Shown: positions 9,502-20,162 of the stretch, one piece after another
Position numbering within the stretch: position 1 is the first letter of the stretch
Layout: each line of letters opens with the position of its first letter
NCBI GenBank assembly: GCA_963677495.2
Contig: CAXXOU010000003.1
Span: 477,872-541,871 of the forward strand
From: Candidatus Cloacimonadales bacterium
Lineage (GTDB): Bacteria > Cloacimonadota > Cloacimonadia > Cloacimonadales > JAFGVF01
Direction of reading: 5' to 3'
DNA: 64,000 nucleotides
Notes under the pieces: model-generated
What the model was told of the DNA's origin: nothing
What the model saw: the letters and a program-made list of their open reading frames with translations, nothing else
The model's database searches: none
Position numbers and translations under genes: made by a program

Positions 9502-10840
9502 GACCCACCAAGTAAATTATTATTAAAGCTGAAAAAACTGCATACATATAATGTGCAGGATTAAAATGACGGTTAATACCTAGTAGAGGTATGGCTAAAA
9601 AATAAAAAGTAAATACAAATGATATTTTATAGTATTTCACGTAATATACTAATAAACCAACTACAGAAAGCATTCCGATTAGGTAAGATAGTGAAACGAG
9701 CAAAAACTTTAAGTATCCTGTATTATTTTTGTAATATAAAGGGCTTCTTGTATATAGACTCGTTGGAGTGGATAAATATTTTTTTATATCCACCCTTCTT
9801 TTGAGTTTACTAATAATACTATTACTTCTCTTATTTGACCCACGTTTTCTAATCTCTGTTAGGATAGAATCACGCTCGATTGCATAATAACCGTTAAATG
9901 ATTTTTTGAAACCAAGAGCTCCGTTAGCCCACTCCAACTGTTTGATTTGTAAAGCATCAACCTCACTAATGAGTCCTTCCTTTGCAGCTAACCTTACAGC
10001 TCTCACATATTCAAGCTTCTCAAAAGTTACTCCAGTTCCTACAGTCTTAATCACTTTCCAGTTTCTTGCAGCATTATAACTTCTGATAAGCCATGGAGTC
10101 ACCATCATTGCTGCAATAACAGAAATAATAAGAAATGTACCAACTGTTTTCTTTATTGTAAATCCTGAGAGTAGCAAAAACGGAACAATCAGTAAAATGA
10201 AGCCCCAATGAATTTGAAGAGTTAGTGTCATCAGACCAAATAAAACTCCACACAAGATGGTGTAGATAGTCTTTTTGGTAATAAGTAGTTTAGCGACAAA
10301 ATAATTCGTTATTAGTGAAATAAAAACAAGAAAACCTTCTCGCATTAGTTTCAAGAATGGAAATGAAATTGAGAAGAAAAGAATTACTAGCACTGAAACC
10401 CAGAATGATTTCTCAGGCTTCATACTTAACCTTAGAGTTAAGTATAGCACTAAAACGCATAACATATCTAGAATAAATTGCGCTAAAATTACATACTTCA
10501 TTACTGGCTTGTTAAACTGTCTCTTTTTAAAGACATTTTCACTAAAATGTCTAACTTCAACATTGAATAATCGAGCAATTCTATATATTGAACCAATAAA
10601 TAAAGGATACAATGGTTCTCGATAAAAGCATGCTTCATAAGGAGGAGAATTTTTTATACTATACCCATTACCATTAGCAATATTGACACCCAAAGTATGG
10701 TAGTCGAATGCATCCCAATTTTGCTTTACAGGATACATAGAACAATAATATATACCTTTAATAGTCAAAGAGAGTAACAATAGTATTAGTATATGTTTTA
10801 AAGTAATATTTATAGGTTTATTCATTGAAAATCCATACAT
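9476..10840 (-). CDS. GT-C (ArnT/PMT-like) membrane glycosyltransferase
   Basis: N-terminal TM then WDAFDYHTLG..IANGNGY, YREPLYPLF, LMRE and PWLIRSY; multiple TM helices. Confidence 0.65.
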   Translation of the reverse strand: MYGFSMNKPINITLKHILILLLLSLTIKGIYYCSMYPVKQNWDAFDYHTLGVNIANGNGYSIKNSPPYEACFYREPLYPLFIGSIYRIARLFNVEVRHFSENVFKKRQFNKPVMKYVILAQFILDMLCVLVLYLTLRLSMKPEKSFWVSVLVILFFSISFPFLKLMREGFLVFISLITNYFVAKLLITKKTIYTILCGVLFGLMTLTLQIHWGFILLIVPFLLLSGFTIKKTVGTFLIISVIAAMMVTPWLIRSYNAARNWKVIKTVGTGVTFEKLEYVRAVRLAAKEGLISEVDALQIKQLEWANGALGFKKSFNGYYAIERDSILTEIRKRGSNKRSNSIISKLKRRVDIKKYLSTPTSLYTRSPLYYKNNTGYLKFLLVSLSYLIGMLSVVGLLVYYVKYYKISFVFTFYFLAIPLLGINRHFNPAHYMYAVFSALIIIYLVGHVKKNLTK

Positions 10841-10872
10841 ACAGTTTAGTTAGTCCTATCTTTGCTTATTAG

Positions 10873-11931
10873 TTATGATTCTTGGTTTGTTACTGTTCTT
10901 ATAATTTTTTCGTAATTATCTACCATAATAGACCAGTGAAATTTATCAAAGGCAATTTCTTTTGAAGCTTTACTCATACTATTTCTTAGAACTTTATCGA
11001 CAATCAATTTCCTTATTGCTTGCTCTAGCTCGTTTTGTGAGCCAAAGCTAAACAGTATTGCATTCCTTACAGAAACAATTTCAGAATTTCCACCAACATC
11101 AGTTGCAATTATTGGTAAGCCTGATGCCATAGCTTCTATTATTGCATTTGAACACCCTTCACCTTTAGAGGAATGTATAAAAATATTAGAGTTTAAAAGG
11201 TAATCAGCAACATTCTTTACACTTCCCTGCAAAAAAACTGTACTAGATAAATCATTTTGATCTATATAGTTTTCAATAGAAGCTCTATTGCAACCTTCTC
11301 CAAGTATATGATATTCTATGTCAAATTCAGAACTAATTTTTTTAATTACCGGAAGTACAGTGAAATAGTCCTTATATGGTACTAAATTTCCGATTGATAA
11401 AAGAATAGTTTTATTACTCAAGTTAGAACTAGATCTTGGTTTAATACTTTTAATCAGCTCTTTATCTAAACCATTATACAGAACATATCCTTTTTTTAGA
11501 TTGTTAACTTTTAGTCCAGCCCTGCTATTAGCAACGACATTTTTTGTTAAATGCGACAAAAACATTCTAAAAGTTTGTGCTTTATTACCTTTAATTCTTA
11601 ATCCATGTCTTATTGACCCATTCACTAAATTGAATTTTGTAAACAATCTTGCGATTAATGCGATGCTAGTTTCCTTAATACCCCATGTATAAACAACATC
11701 AATTTTATGTAAGATTAACAATCGAGTTAAGTTAAACGCGTATGATAGATACCCTTTTCCTCTTATTTTATGAAACTTACTTAATAGATCATCGGGGATA
11801 TCATATCCCCATGTGCTTTCATACAAATAACCAACCATATTCTCAATATTTTTTGAGTATTTCATTATGGTTACGATTTGTCTTTCCTTTCCACCACGAT
11901 TTATAGATGAGACTAAATGTAAAACTTTCAC
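10873..11931 (-). CDS. GT4 family glycosyltransferase
   Basis: GGKERQ, VANS, LYNG, SKGEGCSNAIIEAMASGLPIIATDVGG. Confidence 0.9.
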   Translation of the reverse strand: MKVLHLVSSINRGGKERQIVTIMKYSKNIENMVGYLYESTWGYDIPDDLLSKFHKIRGKGYLSYAFNLTRLLILHKIDVVYTWGIKETSIALIARLFTKFNLVNGSIRHGLRIKGNKAQTFRMFLSHLTKNVVANSRAGLKVNNLKKGYVLYNGLDKELIKSIKPRSSSNLSNKTILLSIGNLVPYKDYFTVLPVIKKISSEFDIEYHILGEGCNRASIENYIDQNDLSSTVFLQGSVKNVADYLLNSNIFIHSSKGEGCSNAIIEAMASGLPIIATDVGGNSEIVSVRNAILFSFGSQNELEQAIRKLIVDKVLRNSMSKASKEIAFDKFHWSIMVDNYEKIIRTVTNQES

Positions 11932-11937
11932 AACTCT

Positions 11938-12927
11938 CTACCTATATTTTATTTTTGTTGGTAAGTATTCTAATTTCTGTTTTTTACTCAAAAATAGATA
12001 TCTTAAAGATGATCGCACTCTTCCCCAGCAAGTAACTGGTCTACATATGAACATGATTATTATATGTAAATAAAAGTTGTAGCTATGTTTCTGTTTTGAG
12101 GATAAAGGCTTAAGAAGAAGATAAATTAGATGTAATACTATAAATAATAGAAGCCAAGAAGAATAGAATATCGAGAGAATTAATATAATGCTATATAATA
12201 TATCTATCAAAGTGTCTTTATAATAATTCTTCTTTGCTTTTTTGAAAAATCTGGTTTGTCCAGGTAGTAAAAAATTGTAGGTAGAGACTTCCCCCCTAAT
12301 GTAGAATCTTCTGACTACACCCCAAAAAGAAGTAACTCCATAATTATGAATTCCCATCATTTCATCAATGTACCAGATTTTATAGCCTGCGTCATAGAAG
12401 CGCTCTCCTAATTCTGGTTCCTCACCTCTTTTGATTCTCTCATCATAACCATTTACATTCAATATAGCTTTTCTGGAATATGTCCCTCCTGCACTCGTAA
12501 ATCTAACAGGACCTTCCTTAAGTTTAGGTTTGTAACTTAGTAAAATTTTATTCCAACCTTTATTCGATAACTCTTTCAAATATCCTACTACACCATTTGC
12601 AGTACCAGCGTTAATGACATCAACTGCTCGCTTTAAGTACTTTTCACCAATGATTACATCTCCATCTATAAAATGAATAATATCATTAGAAGCTTCAACC
12701 ATACCTCGATTTCTATTTCTAGCTGGACCTGGATTTTCTTTTTCTACAAAAATCTTGTCAGTGAACGTTTTTGCAATTTCAATACTATTATCTGAAGATC
12801 CACTATCTACATAGATTAATTCAAGCTTAGAATTATCGAAATCCATATTCAAAATAGCGTTGAATGTTCTCTCTAGGTTTTTCCCCTCATTGTAACCAAT
12901 TACAACTATGCTTATATTTTGATCCAT
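11938..12927 (-). CDS. GT2 family glycosyltransferase with C-terminal TM helices
   Basis: ISIVVIGYNE, YVDSGSSD, ARNRNRG, FIDGD (DxD), GYDE...GEEPEL. Confidence 0.9.
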   Translation of the reverse strand: MDQNISIVVIGYNEGKNLERTFNAILNMDFDNSKLELIYVDSGSSDNSIEIAKTFTDKIFVEKENPGPARNRNRGMVEASNDIIHFIDGDVIIGEKYLKRAVDVINAGTANGVVGYLKELSNKGWNKILLSYKPKLKEGPVRFTSAGGTYSRKAILNVNGYDERIKRGEEPELGERFYDAGYKIWYIDEMMGIHNYGVTSFWGVVRRFYIRGEVSTYNFLLPGQTRFFKKAKKNYYKDTLIDILYSIILILSIFYSSWLLLFIVLHLIYLLLKPLSSKQKHSYNFYLHIIIMFICRPVTCWGRVRSSLRYLFLSKKQKLEYLPTKIKYR

Positions 12928-13584
12928 CTAAAGGCCTTCATTTTTTATAGTTTTGATAAATTTGGCAGGCACTCCACCAACCATTGTTCTTGACTGAACA
13001 TTTTTTGCAACAGCACTACATGGAGCGATTATTGAATGTTTTCCAATTTTTATACCTGGATATATCACACAATTAGCTCCGACATACACATTTGAATTGA
13101 TAGCTACTGGGCTTGTATCTCTCATAGATTCATCTAATTCATGATTCGTAAGTTTGTTAATTACCATATATGCAGAACTATGGGTCCACACACCTGTGGA
13201 AGCAGCAAAATGTACTCTATCTCCAATCTCTATGTTATCACTAAAGTCTAGATAACAACCAATACCAATATAGCAATCTTGACCAATACTAATTTTTCCG
13301 CTACCTTTTCCAGTAATAATAACACCATATTCTATAACTGAATTATTACCAATGCATGCCCTATCAACAACACTATTAGCACCAATTTTAATGTTATTGC
13401 CGAGTGAAACATCTTTGCCAATTCTAGCATTTGTTCCAAACTTACAGTTTTTTCCAATGATTGCAGAATCATCGACATACACATTCTTTCCAAACTTACA
13501 GGTGGGGTGTAGGATTTTATATTTCTCTTCTCTTGCAACTTGTTTCAGCTTCCTGAAGATTCTAACGAGTAACCTAAAAAACAT
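12928..13584 (-). CDS. Hexapeptide-repeat (left-handed beta-helix) O-acyltransferase
   Basis: Many [IV]GxxxxI hexapeptides; WTHS; VGGVPAKFIK C-terminus. Confidence 0.88.
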   Translation of the reverse strand: MFFRLLVRIFRKLKQVAREEKYKILHPTCKFGKNVYVDDSAIIGKNCKFGTNARIGKDVSLGNNIKIGANSVVDRACIGNNSVIEYGVIITGKGSGKISIGQDCYIGIGCYLDFSDNIEIGDRVHFAASTGVWTHSSAYMVINKLTNHELDESMRDTSPVAINSNVYVGANCVIYPGIKIGKHSIIAPCSAVAKNVQSRTMVGGVPAKFIKTIKNEGL

Positions 13585-14629
13585 TTTTCAATACCTCAAA
13601 GAATTCATCAGCTCTAATTTTCCAAGTATGCCTTTCAAGTACAATTTTATATAGCTTGTCTATATACTCTTGTCGTTCATTCTCATGATTTATGAAATAT
13701 CTTGCTTTCTCTTTTAACTCACCAATAGATTTGTACGTAACTATTTCATTATCGGTGAAATAGTTATCTAACTCAGTCCTATAATCTATTAACTGAAAAC
13801 CTTTGCAAGCTGCAATCTCGAAAACTCTTGATTGGAATGAGGTAAAGACTTGGGGATTAGGTATATTGAGGTTTATTTTTGATAAACGATAAAGTTTCCT
13901 TAATTCATCAAAGCTCAGCCTTTCACCCATATAAGCTCTTTCAATTACCGGAAAGTATTTAAATTTCTTATCCCATCCATCACTCCCAAAAATCTTCATA
14001 CTAAATCCATCTAGCTGGCCTAGAATTCCAGCTCTATATCCGCCTTCAGCTTTATCTCCATATGCTGAGCCCGTAAATGATAAGTCACAGCTTAATTTTG
14101 CTTTCTCATCATTACTAATCGCTTCATTTCTAGCTGGGAAAAAGGTGTCAGGATCAAAACCCTCAATGATGAAATGATAATGACAGTTTGGGGCTACATT
14201 CTGTAAATTTTGAAACCATATCTTTTCTCCATAAAAAATAACATCAAAATATGGTAATGAGAGAGGAAGATATTTGAATCTCATAGAATCAAAAGGATTA
14301 TCAGCTAGAAAACATGCAATTCCACATTTAGTTCTTTGCTTAATCTTAATGATAGTATCTGTGAATAGCCTACTCTCGTTAAAAACGAACAGTATGTCCG
14401 GTTTAAAGTCATCAGCTATATTCAAAACTTCTAAATTAAACTGTGAAAGTTGTTTATGGTCATCCCAAGATCGAATTCTTGTAATTTGATGAAGCTGAAG
14501 CTTTCGAGATAATGAAAATTTCTCTTTAAAAGAAACATACTTAACTTCTCCACCAATTTCTGAGATCCCTTTTTGTAGGTAATGCATTAGATTACCTACC
14601 CAACCACCATCAACACATAAAACTTTCAT
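13574..14629 (-). CDS. CgeB-like glycosyltransferase (Glyco_trans_1_2)
   Basis: SKINLN, SRVFEIAACKGFQL, HTWKIRA motifs. Confidence 0.8.
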   Translation of the reverse strand: MKVLCVDGGWVGNLMHYLQKGISEIGGEVKYVSFKEKFSLSRKLQLHQITRIRSWDDHKQLSQFNLEVLNIADDFKPDILFVFNESRLFTDTIIKIKQRTKCGIACFLADNPFDSMRFKYLPLSLPYFDVIFYGEKIWFQNLQNVAPNCHYHFIIEGFDPDTFFPARNEAISNDEKAKLSCDLSFTGSAYGDKAEGGYRAGILGQLDGFSMKIFGSDGWDKKFKYFPVIERAYMGERLSFDELRKLYRLSKINLNIPNPQVFTSFQSRVFEIAACKGFQLIDYRTELDNYFTDNEIVTYKSIGELKEKARYFINHENERQEYIDKLYKIVLERHTWKIRADEFFEVLKNVF

Positions 14630-14630
14630 A

Positions 14631-15818
14631 CTAATCCTTAAATTCTATCATAGAAATTATCTCGTTCTCATACAACTGCATTCGTCTCATCATCTCTTCA
14701 TATGAATCTGCTTGAACAATAATGAAACCACTCCTGGTCGCACTATGGGTAATATCACTAACTCTGTCTCCTTCTTTAATATAGAAATAAGTCAAGATCA
14801 ATCCTTCATATGTTATATCAGATATTCTCGGTAGGCACTTTACTTCTTTACCTACAGGGAGCTCTAAATATTTAACTAGACAATTATGGTCTTTAGTAGG
14901 AGTCACAAGTGGGTCATTTCCAATGCTAACTTCAACAAGAGCTTTATCCATATTTACTCCACATGAGTACTCTGGCAAATACGATGAAACAAAGTCACCG
15001 CCCAATCTTGCTGCCATTTCAATAACTTTAGGACCCTCATTTGTATACATAATTTCACAACATCCACCACAGTTATCCAATCCCAATGATTTGACTGTTT
15101 TTTCCATTAGCCTCTGAATTTCTTCCAATTGTTCTTCTGTTAAAATGGCAGGTTGAATTTGAGCTAGTTCTACTGTCCGAGGATAAGGTGTAATTAGTTT
15201 ACTCGTACATTGAACTATTGAAACATTACCTTTCCAGATTATCATCTCAATATTATATTCAGTTCCTTCCATAAACTCTTCAAGAATAACGCTATTATCT
15301 GAAGACCACATTGCAGATTCATCATATAATTCAGCAATCTGAGATCTATTATCTACTTTGAATACGCCCCGACTTGAAAAGGCATCAGCTGGTTTAATTA
15401 TTGCCGGGAAACTGATCTCCTTCCCTAGGGCATCATCAATAGAATTTGTAAGATATCCGTTTGCGCAAGGAACACCATGTTCGATAAACTTCTTTTTCAT
15501 TTGAAACTTATTCCTAGAACATTCGACAGCTATCTGAGTCGGGAAAATATAGCCCATCTCATTCGCTAGTTTTGCCATCAATATTAATGGGTTTTCCATT
15601 TGAGCAGTTACTATACCATCAATATTATACTTTTGAGCAATCTCTCTTGTTCTTATGTAATCTTTTGGCTCAACTACTTCGAAAACTGCAGCAAACTCCT
15701 TCGCATAAGCATTTGGGCTTGGGTCTATTACGACAGAGCGATACCCAAGTTCATTTACAGCCTGGATTAGGTGTAACTGATTTAATCCTGCTCCAAAAAC
15801 AAGAATAGATTTGGTCAT
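14631..15818 (-). CDS. ATP-grasp amino-acid ligase-like protein
   Basis: NKFQMKK, FPAIIKPAD.FSSRGV, LEEFMEG.E, IEMAARLGGD. Start at MTKSILV (15818) after GGAG; ORF track starts at 15857. Confidence 0.85.
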   Translation of the reverse strand: MTKSILVFGAGLNQLHLIQAVNELGYRSVVIDPSPNAYAKEFAAVFEVVEPKDYIRTREIAQKYNIDGIVTAQMENPLILMAKLANEMGYIFPTQIAVECSRNKFQMKKKFIEHGVPCANGYLTNSIDDALGKEISFPAIIKPADAFSSRGVFKVDNRSQIAELYDESAMWSSDNSVILEEFMEGTEYNIEMIIWKGNVSIVQCTSKLITPYPRTVELAQIQPAILTEEQLEEIQRLMEKTVKSLGLDNCGGCCEIMYTNEGPKVIEMAARLGGDFVSSYLPEYSCGVNMDKALVEVSIGNDPLVTPTKDHNCLVKYLELPVGKEVKCLPRISDITYEGLILTYFYIKEGDRVSDITHSATRSGFIIVQADSYEEMMRRMQLYENEIISMIEFKD

Positions 15819-15819
15819 A

Positions 15820-17001
15820 TTATTCTCCAAAAACCTTTTTAACAGCATTAACCACATGCTGCCTTTCTTCCTGAGTTAATGAAGGGTAAATTGGTAATCT
15901 TAATAATGAACCAAAGAATTCCATTGAACCAGGAAACTCTTCATCAGTTCCAAGTTTTTGATAATATCTATTACGATGAAGTGGAGTATAATGAACGTTA
16001 ACTAAAATATTTTCCGCTCTCAGTGCATCTAAAACCCAATACTTATCCTCATTTGGTACAAGTACATAGTATATATGCCAGTTAGGTGTGCCATTTTTAG
16101 TTGGACATGGTAGTTTTAATCCTTCGATTCCATGTAATTCTTTCGTATAAAAGTCGGCAATCGCAGCTCTTTCTCTTAGAATAAAGTCAATCTTGTTTAG
16201 TTGAGTAACACCCATAGCTCCAAGAATGTTGGACTGCACATAAGAATTACCTATATCTACATATTCGTAATATCCTCTAGACACATTATCAGTTAAGAAA
16301 GAATACTTATCAGTACCCTTCTCACGTAATATTTTAATTTTCTCGGCTAACTCATCATCATCAGTTACAATAGCACCACCTTCTCCGGTAGTAATATTTT
16401 TAGTCCCATGAAAACTGAAAGTGCTTACATGTCCCTGGCAACCTGTTTTCTTTCCTTTATACTCAGCACCAATAGATTGTGCCGTATCATGTACTACAAA
16501 AAGGTTATATTTTTCTGCAAGCTTCATTATCGGGTCCATATCTGCAGGATTCCCCGCATAATCGACAGGCATAATTGCTACTGTTTTATCTGTGATATAT
16601 GACTCTAATTTATCAATATCAAAGTTACCATTTTCTGGATTTACATCTGCAAGAATTATCTTTAAATCATTGTACAATGGTCCCAGTGCAGTAGAAGTAT
16701 ATGTAAAGTCTGGAACTATTACTTCGCTACCTTTAGGGAAATGTTTTAACTTAAAAGCTAACTCCAAACCACCGGTGCATGAATTTAAGAAGAATACATG
16801 CTTCACACCAAGATATTCAGATAGTTTCTTTTCGAACTCTCTACAGGCAGGACCATCACCACTAACAAAGGTAGTTTTGGTTGTCTCGTAAACCGCCTGC
16901 ATATCATCTTCTAAAATATATGGTTTATGGATTATTACCGGATCTGCTGAAACCGGGCTACCACCATTTATTGCTAAACTTGGATTATTTCTGTTTATCA
17001 T
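15820..17001 (-). CDS. DegT/DnrJ/EryC1/StrS PLP sugar aminotransferase (WecE/RffA-like)
   Basis: NSCTGGLE, VVHDTAQ, FSFHGTKNITTGEGG (PLP Lys), REKGTD, HYTPLH, LLRLP. Confidence 0.9.
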   Translation of the reverse strand: MINRNNPSLAINGGSPVSADPVIIHKPYILEDDMQAVYETTKTTFVSGDGPACREFEKKLSEYLGVKHVFFLNSCTGGLELAFKLKHFPKGSEVIVPDFTYTSTALGPLYNDLKIILADVNPENGNFDIDKLESYITDKTVAIMPVDYAGNPADMDPIMKLAEKYNLFVVHDTAQSIGAEYKGKKTGCQGHVSTFSFHGTKNITTGEGGAIVTDDDELAEKIKILREKGTDKYSFLTDNVSRGYYEYVDIGNSYVQSNILGAMGVTQLNKIDFILRERAAIADFYTKELHGIEGLKLPCPTKNGTPNWHIYYVLVPNEDKYWVLDALRAENILVNVHYTPLHRNRYYQKLGTDEEFPGSMEFFGSLLRLPIYPSLTQEERQHVVNAVKKVFGE

Positions 17002-17011
17002 GTCTTCTCCT

Positions 17012-17941
17012 TTACATGTTCTCTAGATACCAGTTAATGGTATCTTCAACACCCTTCTCAAAATCTATTGATGGTCTCCAGTTCATTAACTCTTCACCCT
17101 TTGTTCCATCTACAGTTTTAAAAGCAGCACCGTCCGGTTTAGAAGTATCTAATGTTAGTTTCCCTTCATACCCAGCAAGTTTCTTTATGAGTTCTGCAGT
17201 TTCAATTATAGAGTATCCTTTTGCAACACCAATGTTTACGATATCTGAGGTTTCCGGTAGGTCAATAGCACGTAACATTGACTCTGCACCATCATCAACG
17301 TGCAACCATTCTCTTACAGGTTTTCCTGTTCCCCAAACGATAACTTCTGGAAGATTTTCTCTCTTTGCTTTGACGATTTTCATTATTAAAGCTCCTAAGG
17401 CGTGAGAACGTTCCTCTTCAAAATGATCCATAGGACCATACATATTTGAAAGGATTATATTAATTACATTTAGTCCATGTTGCTTGTTGTATGCCCATGA
17501 ACCCATCCAGAAAGCTTTTCTTACAAATCCGTAAATCTGTACAGACTCGTGCATTGGACCATCCCAAACTTCCTCTTCTTTGAATAGGGTTGCTTTAGCA
17601 GGATATACACAGTTTGAGATTGGATTAACAATCCTAGACACTCTACATTCTTTTGCTGCTTCAAGGATATTAACATTCATCTCGAGGTTGTTCTTGAACA
17701 GGTCTGCAGGATATTTATATCCAAATTGAATACCACCAACAAATGAGGCACAATTCAAAATATTGTCTGGGGCAACTTCTTTAAACAGTTTCAATGTTTG
17801 TTCATAATTGCGCAAATCAACTCCCATACTCAATGAAGTTGCAGTGTGTTTAATTCCTTTGCTTTCAAGAAGCATACACAGTCTTTTGCCTAAAAAACCA
17901 GTAGCACCAAGTACCAATATTTTTTTACCATCAAGATTCAT
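17012..17941 (-). CDS. fcl: GDP-L-fucose synthase-like epimerase/reductase
   Basis: GATGFLG, VGGI, CVYP, NMYGP.D.F..ERSH, VWGTGKPVREWLHVDD, KPDG; adjacent to gmd. Confidence 0.8.
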   Translation of the reverse strand: MNLDGKKILVLGATGFLGKRLCMLLESKGIKHTATSLSMGVDLRNYEQTLKLFKEVAPDNILNCASFVGGIQFGYKYPADLFKNNLEMNVNILEAAKECRVSRIVNPISNCVYPAKATLFKEEEVWDGPMHESVQIYGFVRKAFWMGSWAYNKQHGLNVINIILSNMYGPMDHFEEERSHALGALIMKIVKAKRENLPEVIVWGTGKPVREWLHVDDGAESMLRAIDLPETSDIVNIGVAKGYSIIETAELIKKLAGYEGKLTLDTSKPDGAAFKTVDGTKGEELMNWRPSIDFEKGVEDTINWYLENM

Positions 17942-17949
17942 TGAAACTC

Positions 17950-19104
17950 CTATAAAATATCTTCAATTTGTGGGGAAATGTCGAATCCACCATTTTTTAA
18001 ATATGTGTCTTGCTTAATTAATTTAACATCATTATCAACCATCTCATTCACAAGCATTTCAAGATTATACTTTGGTTGCCATCCTAATTTTTTTCTTGCT
18101 TTACTGGAATCTCCAATAAGTAATTCAACTTCTGTTGGACGGAAGTAGTACGGTTCAACCTCAACAATTGTGTTACCAACTGCTAATTCTTTAGGAAGTT
18201 CTCCTATCTTATTATTAAATAGATCATTATTAATGCTTTCAATAACACCAACCTCTTCAAGCCCTTCACCCTTAAAACTTAGATTTATGCCTACTCTTGC
18301 AAAAGCCATTTTCACAAAGTCTCTAACAGTTGTGGTTACTCCGGTTGAAATCACGAAATCTTCCGGTTTCTCCTGTTGAAGAATTAGATACATTGCTTCA
18401 ACATAGTCTTTTGCATGACCCCAGTCTCTTTTTGCATTCAGATTACCTAAGTAAAGTTTATGTTGAATTCCAAGCACTATGTTAGCAACTGCTCTAGTGA
18501 TTTTTCTTGTGACAAAAGTTTCTCCTCTGAGTGGAGACTCATGATTGAATAAAATGCCATTACAGGCAAACATGTTGTAAGCTTCACGATAGTTAACAGT
18601 TATCCAGTATGCGTACATCTTTGCGCACCCATATGGAGAACGTGGGTAAAATGGAGTTGTTTCTGTTTGAGGAATCTCTTGAACTTTACCATATAACTCA
18701 CTGGTTGAAGCCTGGTAAACTCGAGTCTTATTTTCTAAGCCTAGTATTCTAACAGCTTCAAGAATCCTTAAAGTTCCAATACCATCTGCATTTGCAGTAT
18801 ATTCCGGAGTATCAAACGAAACTTTAACATGCGACATCGCGGCAAGATTATAAATCTCATCCGGTTGGATCTCTTGAATCAATCTAATTAAATTTGTTGA
18901 GTCAGTTAAGTCACAGTAGTAATACATGAACTGATTTTGCTCTTCTCTGTTTACTTTAAATAGATGGTCAATCCTTTGAGTATTAAACAATGATGCTCTT
19001 CTCTTTAAACCATGAACAACATATCCTTTCTTTAGAAGTAACTCTGCTAAATAAGCACCATCTTGCCCCGTAATCCCTGTTATAATTGCGTGTTTTTTAT
19101 TCAT
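17950..19104 (-). CDS. gmd: GDP-mannose 4,6-dehydratase
   Basis: [70 protein letters not shown]. Likely start MNKKH at 19104 after GAGGA. Confidence 0.97.
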   Translation of the reverse strand: MNKKHAIITGITGQDGAYLAELLLKKGYVVHGLKRRASLFNTQRIDHLFKVNREEQNQFMYYYCDLTDSTNLIRLIQEIQPDEIYNLAAMSHVKVSFDTPEYTANADGIGTLRILEAVRILGLENKTRVYQASTSELYGKVQEIPQTETTPFYPRSPYGCAKMYAYWITVNYREAYNMFACNGILFNHESPLRGETFVTRKITRAVANIVLGIQHKLYLGNLNAKRDWGHAKDYVEAMYLILQQEKPEDFVISTGVTTTVRDFVKMAFARVGINLSFKGEGLEEVGVIESINNDLFNNKIGELPKELAVGNTIVEVEPYYFRPTEVELLIGDSSKARKKLGWQPKYNLEMLVNEMVDNDVKLIKQDTYLKNGGFDISPQIEDIL

Positions 19105-19156
19105 TTTAGTCCTCATCACTAATTGCTCTATCTTAACAATCTTTCAGTAGTTTAAT

Positions 19157-20161
19157 TCATTGATCTTTTAATGATGCAATTTCTTCCATAGTCCCAATGA
19201 ATAGTTTCCCTTTATCTCTAAGCTTTGCAGCCTCTTTTAATACTCCTGGGAGAACATAATTTAGTGTATTTTCATCAAAAGACGGGTGAAACCATAAATT
19301 TATAACTGTACCAGTTCTTATTGCAACATCCATGTGATACTTCCATCTTTTTATCCTATATTGGTTACTCCAATTTTTCTTTATACCGATCATACCAGTA
19401 GAATGCGAAACAATTAACCCGTGTGAATCTGTTGCAATTCCCCCAATTCTTTCAGGTAAATTCTTCCTATAATTGGTAAATCCATGCTTTTTGAGAGTTT
19501 CAATATTACCGAAATAACCTCCAGGGAAGACCATAGATTTGAATCGATTTATTCCCCATGGTTTTGCTGCTTCTAAACAAGCCACAATCTCATCATCGGC
19601 AACCTGAGAAGGACATCTTTTGTCAGTAAAATCTATATGACTAAAGGTGTGACACCCAATCTCATGTTTGACTTTCGCTTTCAATATTTGTTCTATTAAA
19701 TCTGGAGCGTACCATGACTTGGCTTTTTCCCAAGACTTGCAAGGGTCTGCATCAAACCAATCACCAGTTTTATATATCCAATTTTTGTTTTCGAAATAAG
19801 GAATTCTATGCATCCAATCATGATCACCTTTTGAACAACCCTCAAGGAATAAATGACCAACAGTCGCCCAAGTTATTGGAATATCATATTCATCAAAATA
19901 CTTTATTAATTTATCAAAGTTTTTCCTAGCTTGAATAGCTCTCGCCTTAGGGTTTTTCTCAGTCTTAGAAAATCTGAAAGCCCATGCAAGTTCAAAATCA
20001 GCACTAATACACATCCCACCTGTAAAACTATTTGGAAAGTGACTCTTATTACCATTTTGTTTAACTGATGGTCTTACACCAGTTATAAAACTTAACTGAT
20101 CAAAACTACGTTTTATCTGACCATCAGGGATAGCATGATAAATTCTGTTAACTAATTTCAT
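19157..20161 (-). CDS. Polysaccharide deacetylase family protein
   Basis: ISADFELAW, ITWATVGHLF, HEIGCHTFSH, VFPG, LWFHP. Confidence 0.8.
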   Translation of the reverse strand: MKLVNRIYHAIPDGQIKRSFDQLSFITGVRPSVKQNGNKSHFPNSFTGGMCISADFELAWAFRFSKTEKNPKARAIQARKNFDKLIKYFDEYDIPITWATVGHLFLEGCSKGDHDWMHRIPYFENKNWIYKTGDWFDADPCKSWEKAKSWYAPDLIEQILKAKVKHEIGCHTFSHIDFTDKRCPSQVADDEIVACLEAAKPWGINRFKSMVFPGGYFGNIETLKKHGFTNYRKNLPERIGGIATDSHGLIVSHSTGMIGIKKNWSNQYRIKRWKYHMDVAIRTGTVINLWFHPSFDENTLNYVLPGVLKEAAKLRDKGKLFIGTMEEIASLKDQ

Positions 20162-20162
20162 C

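Noticed and set aside
15820..19104. Colitose or perosamine pathway assignment for gmd + fcl-like + aminotransferase
   Set aside because: The aminotransferase keeps the PLP Lys and WecE-like motifs (ColD has His at that position); the product cannot be assigned from sequence alone
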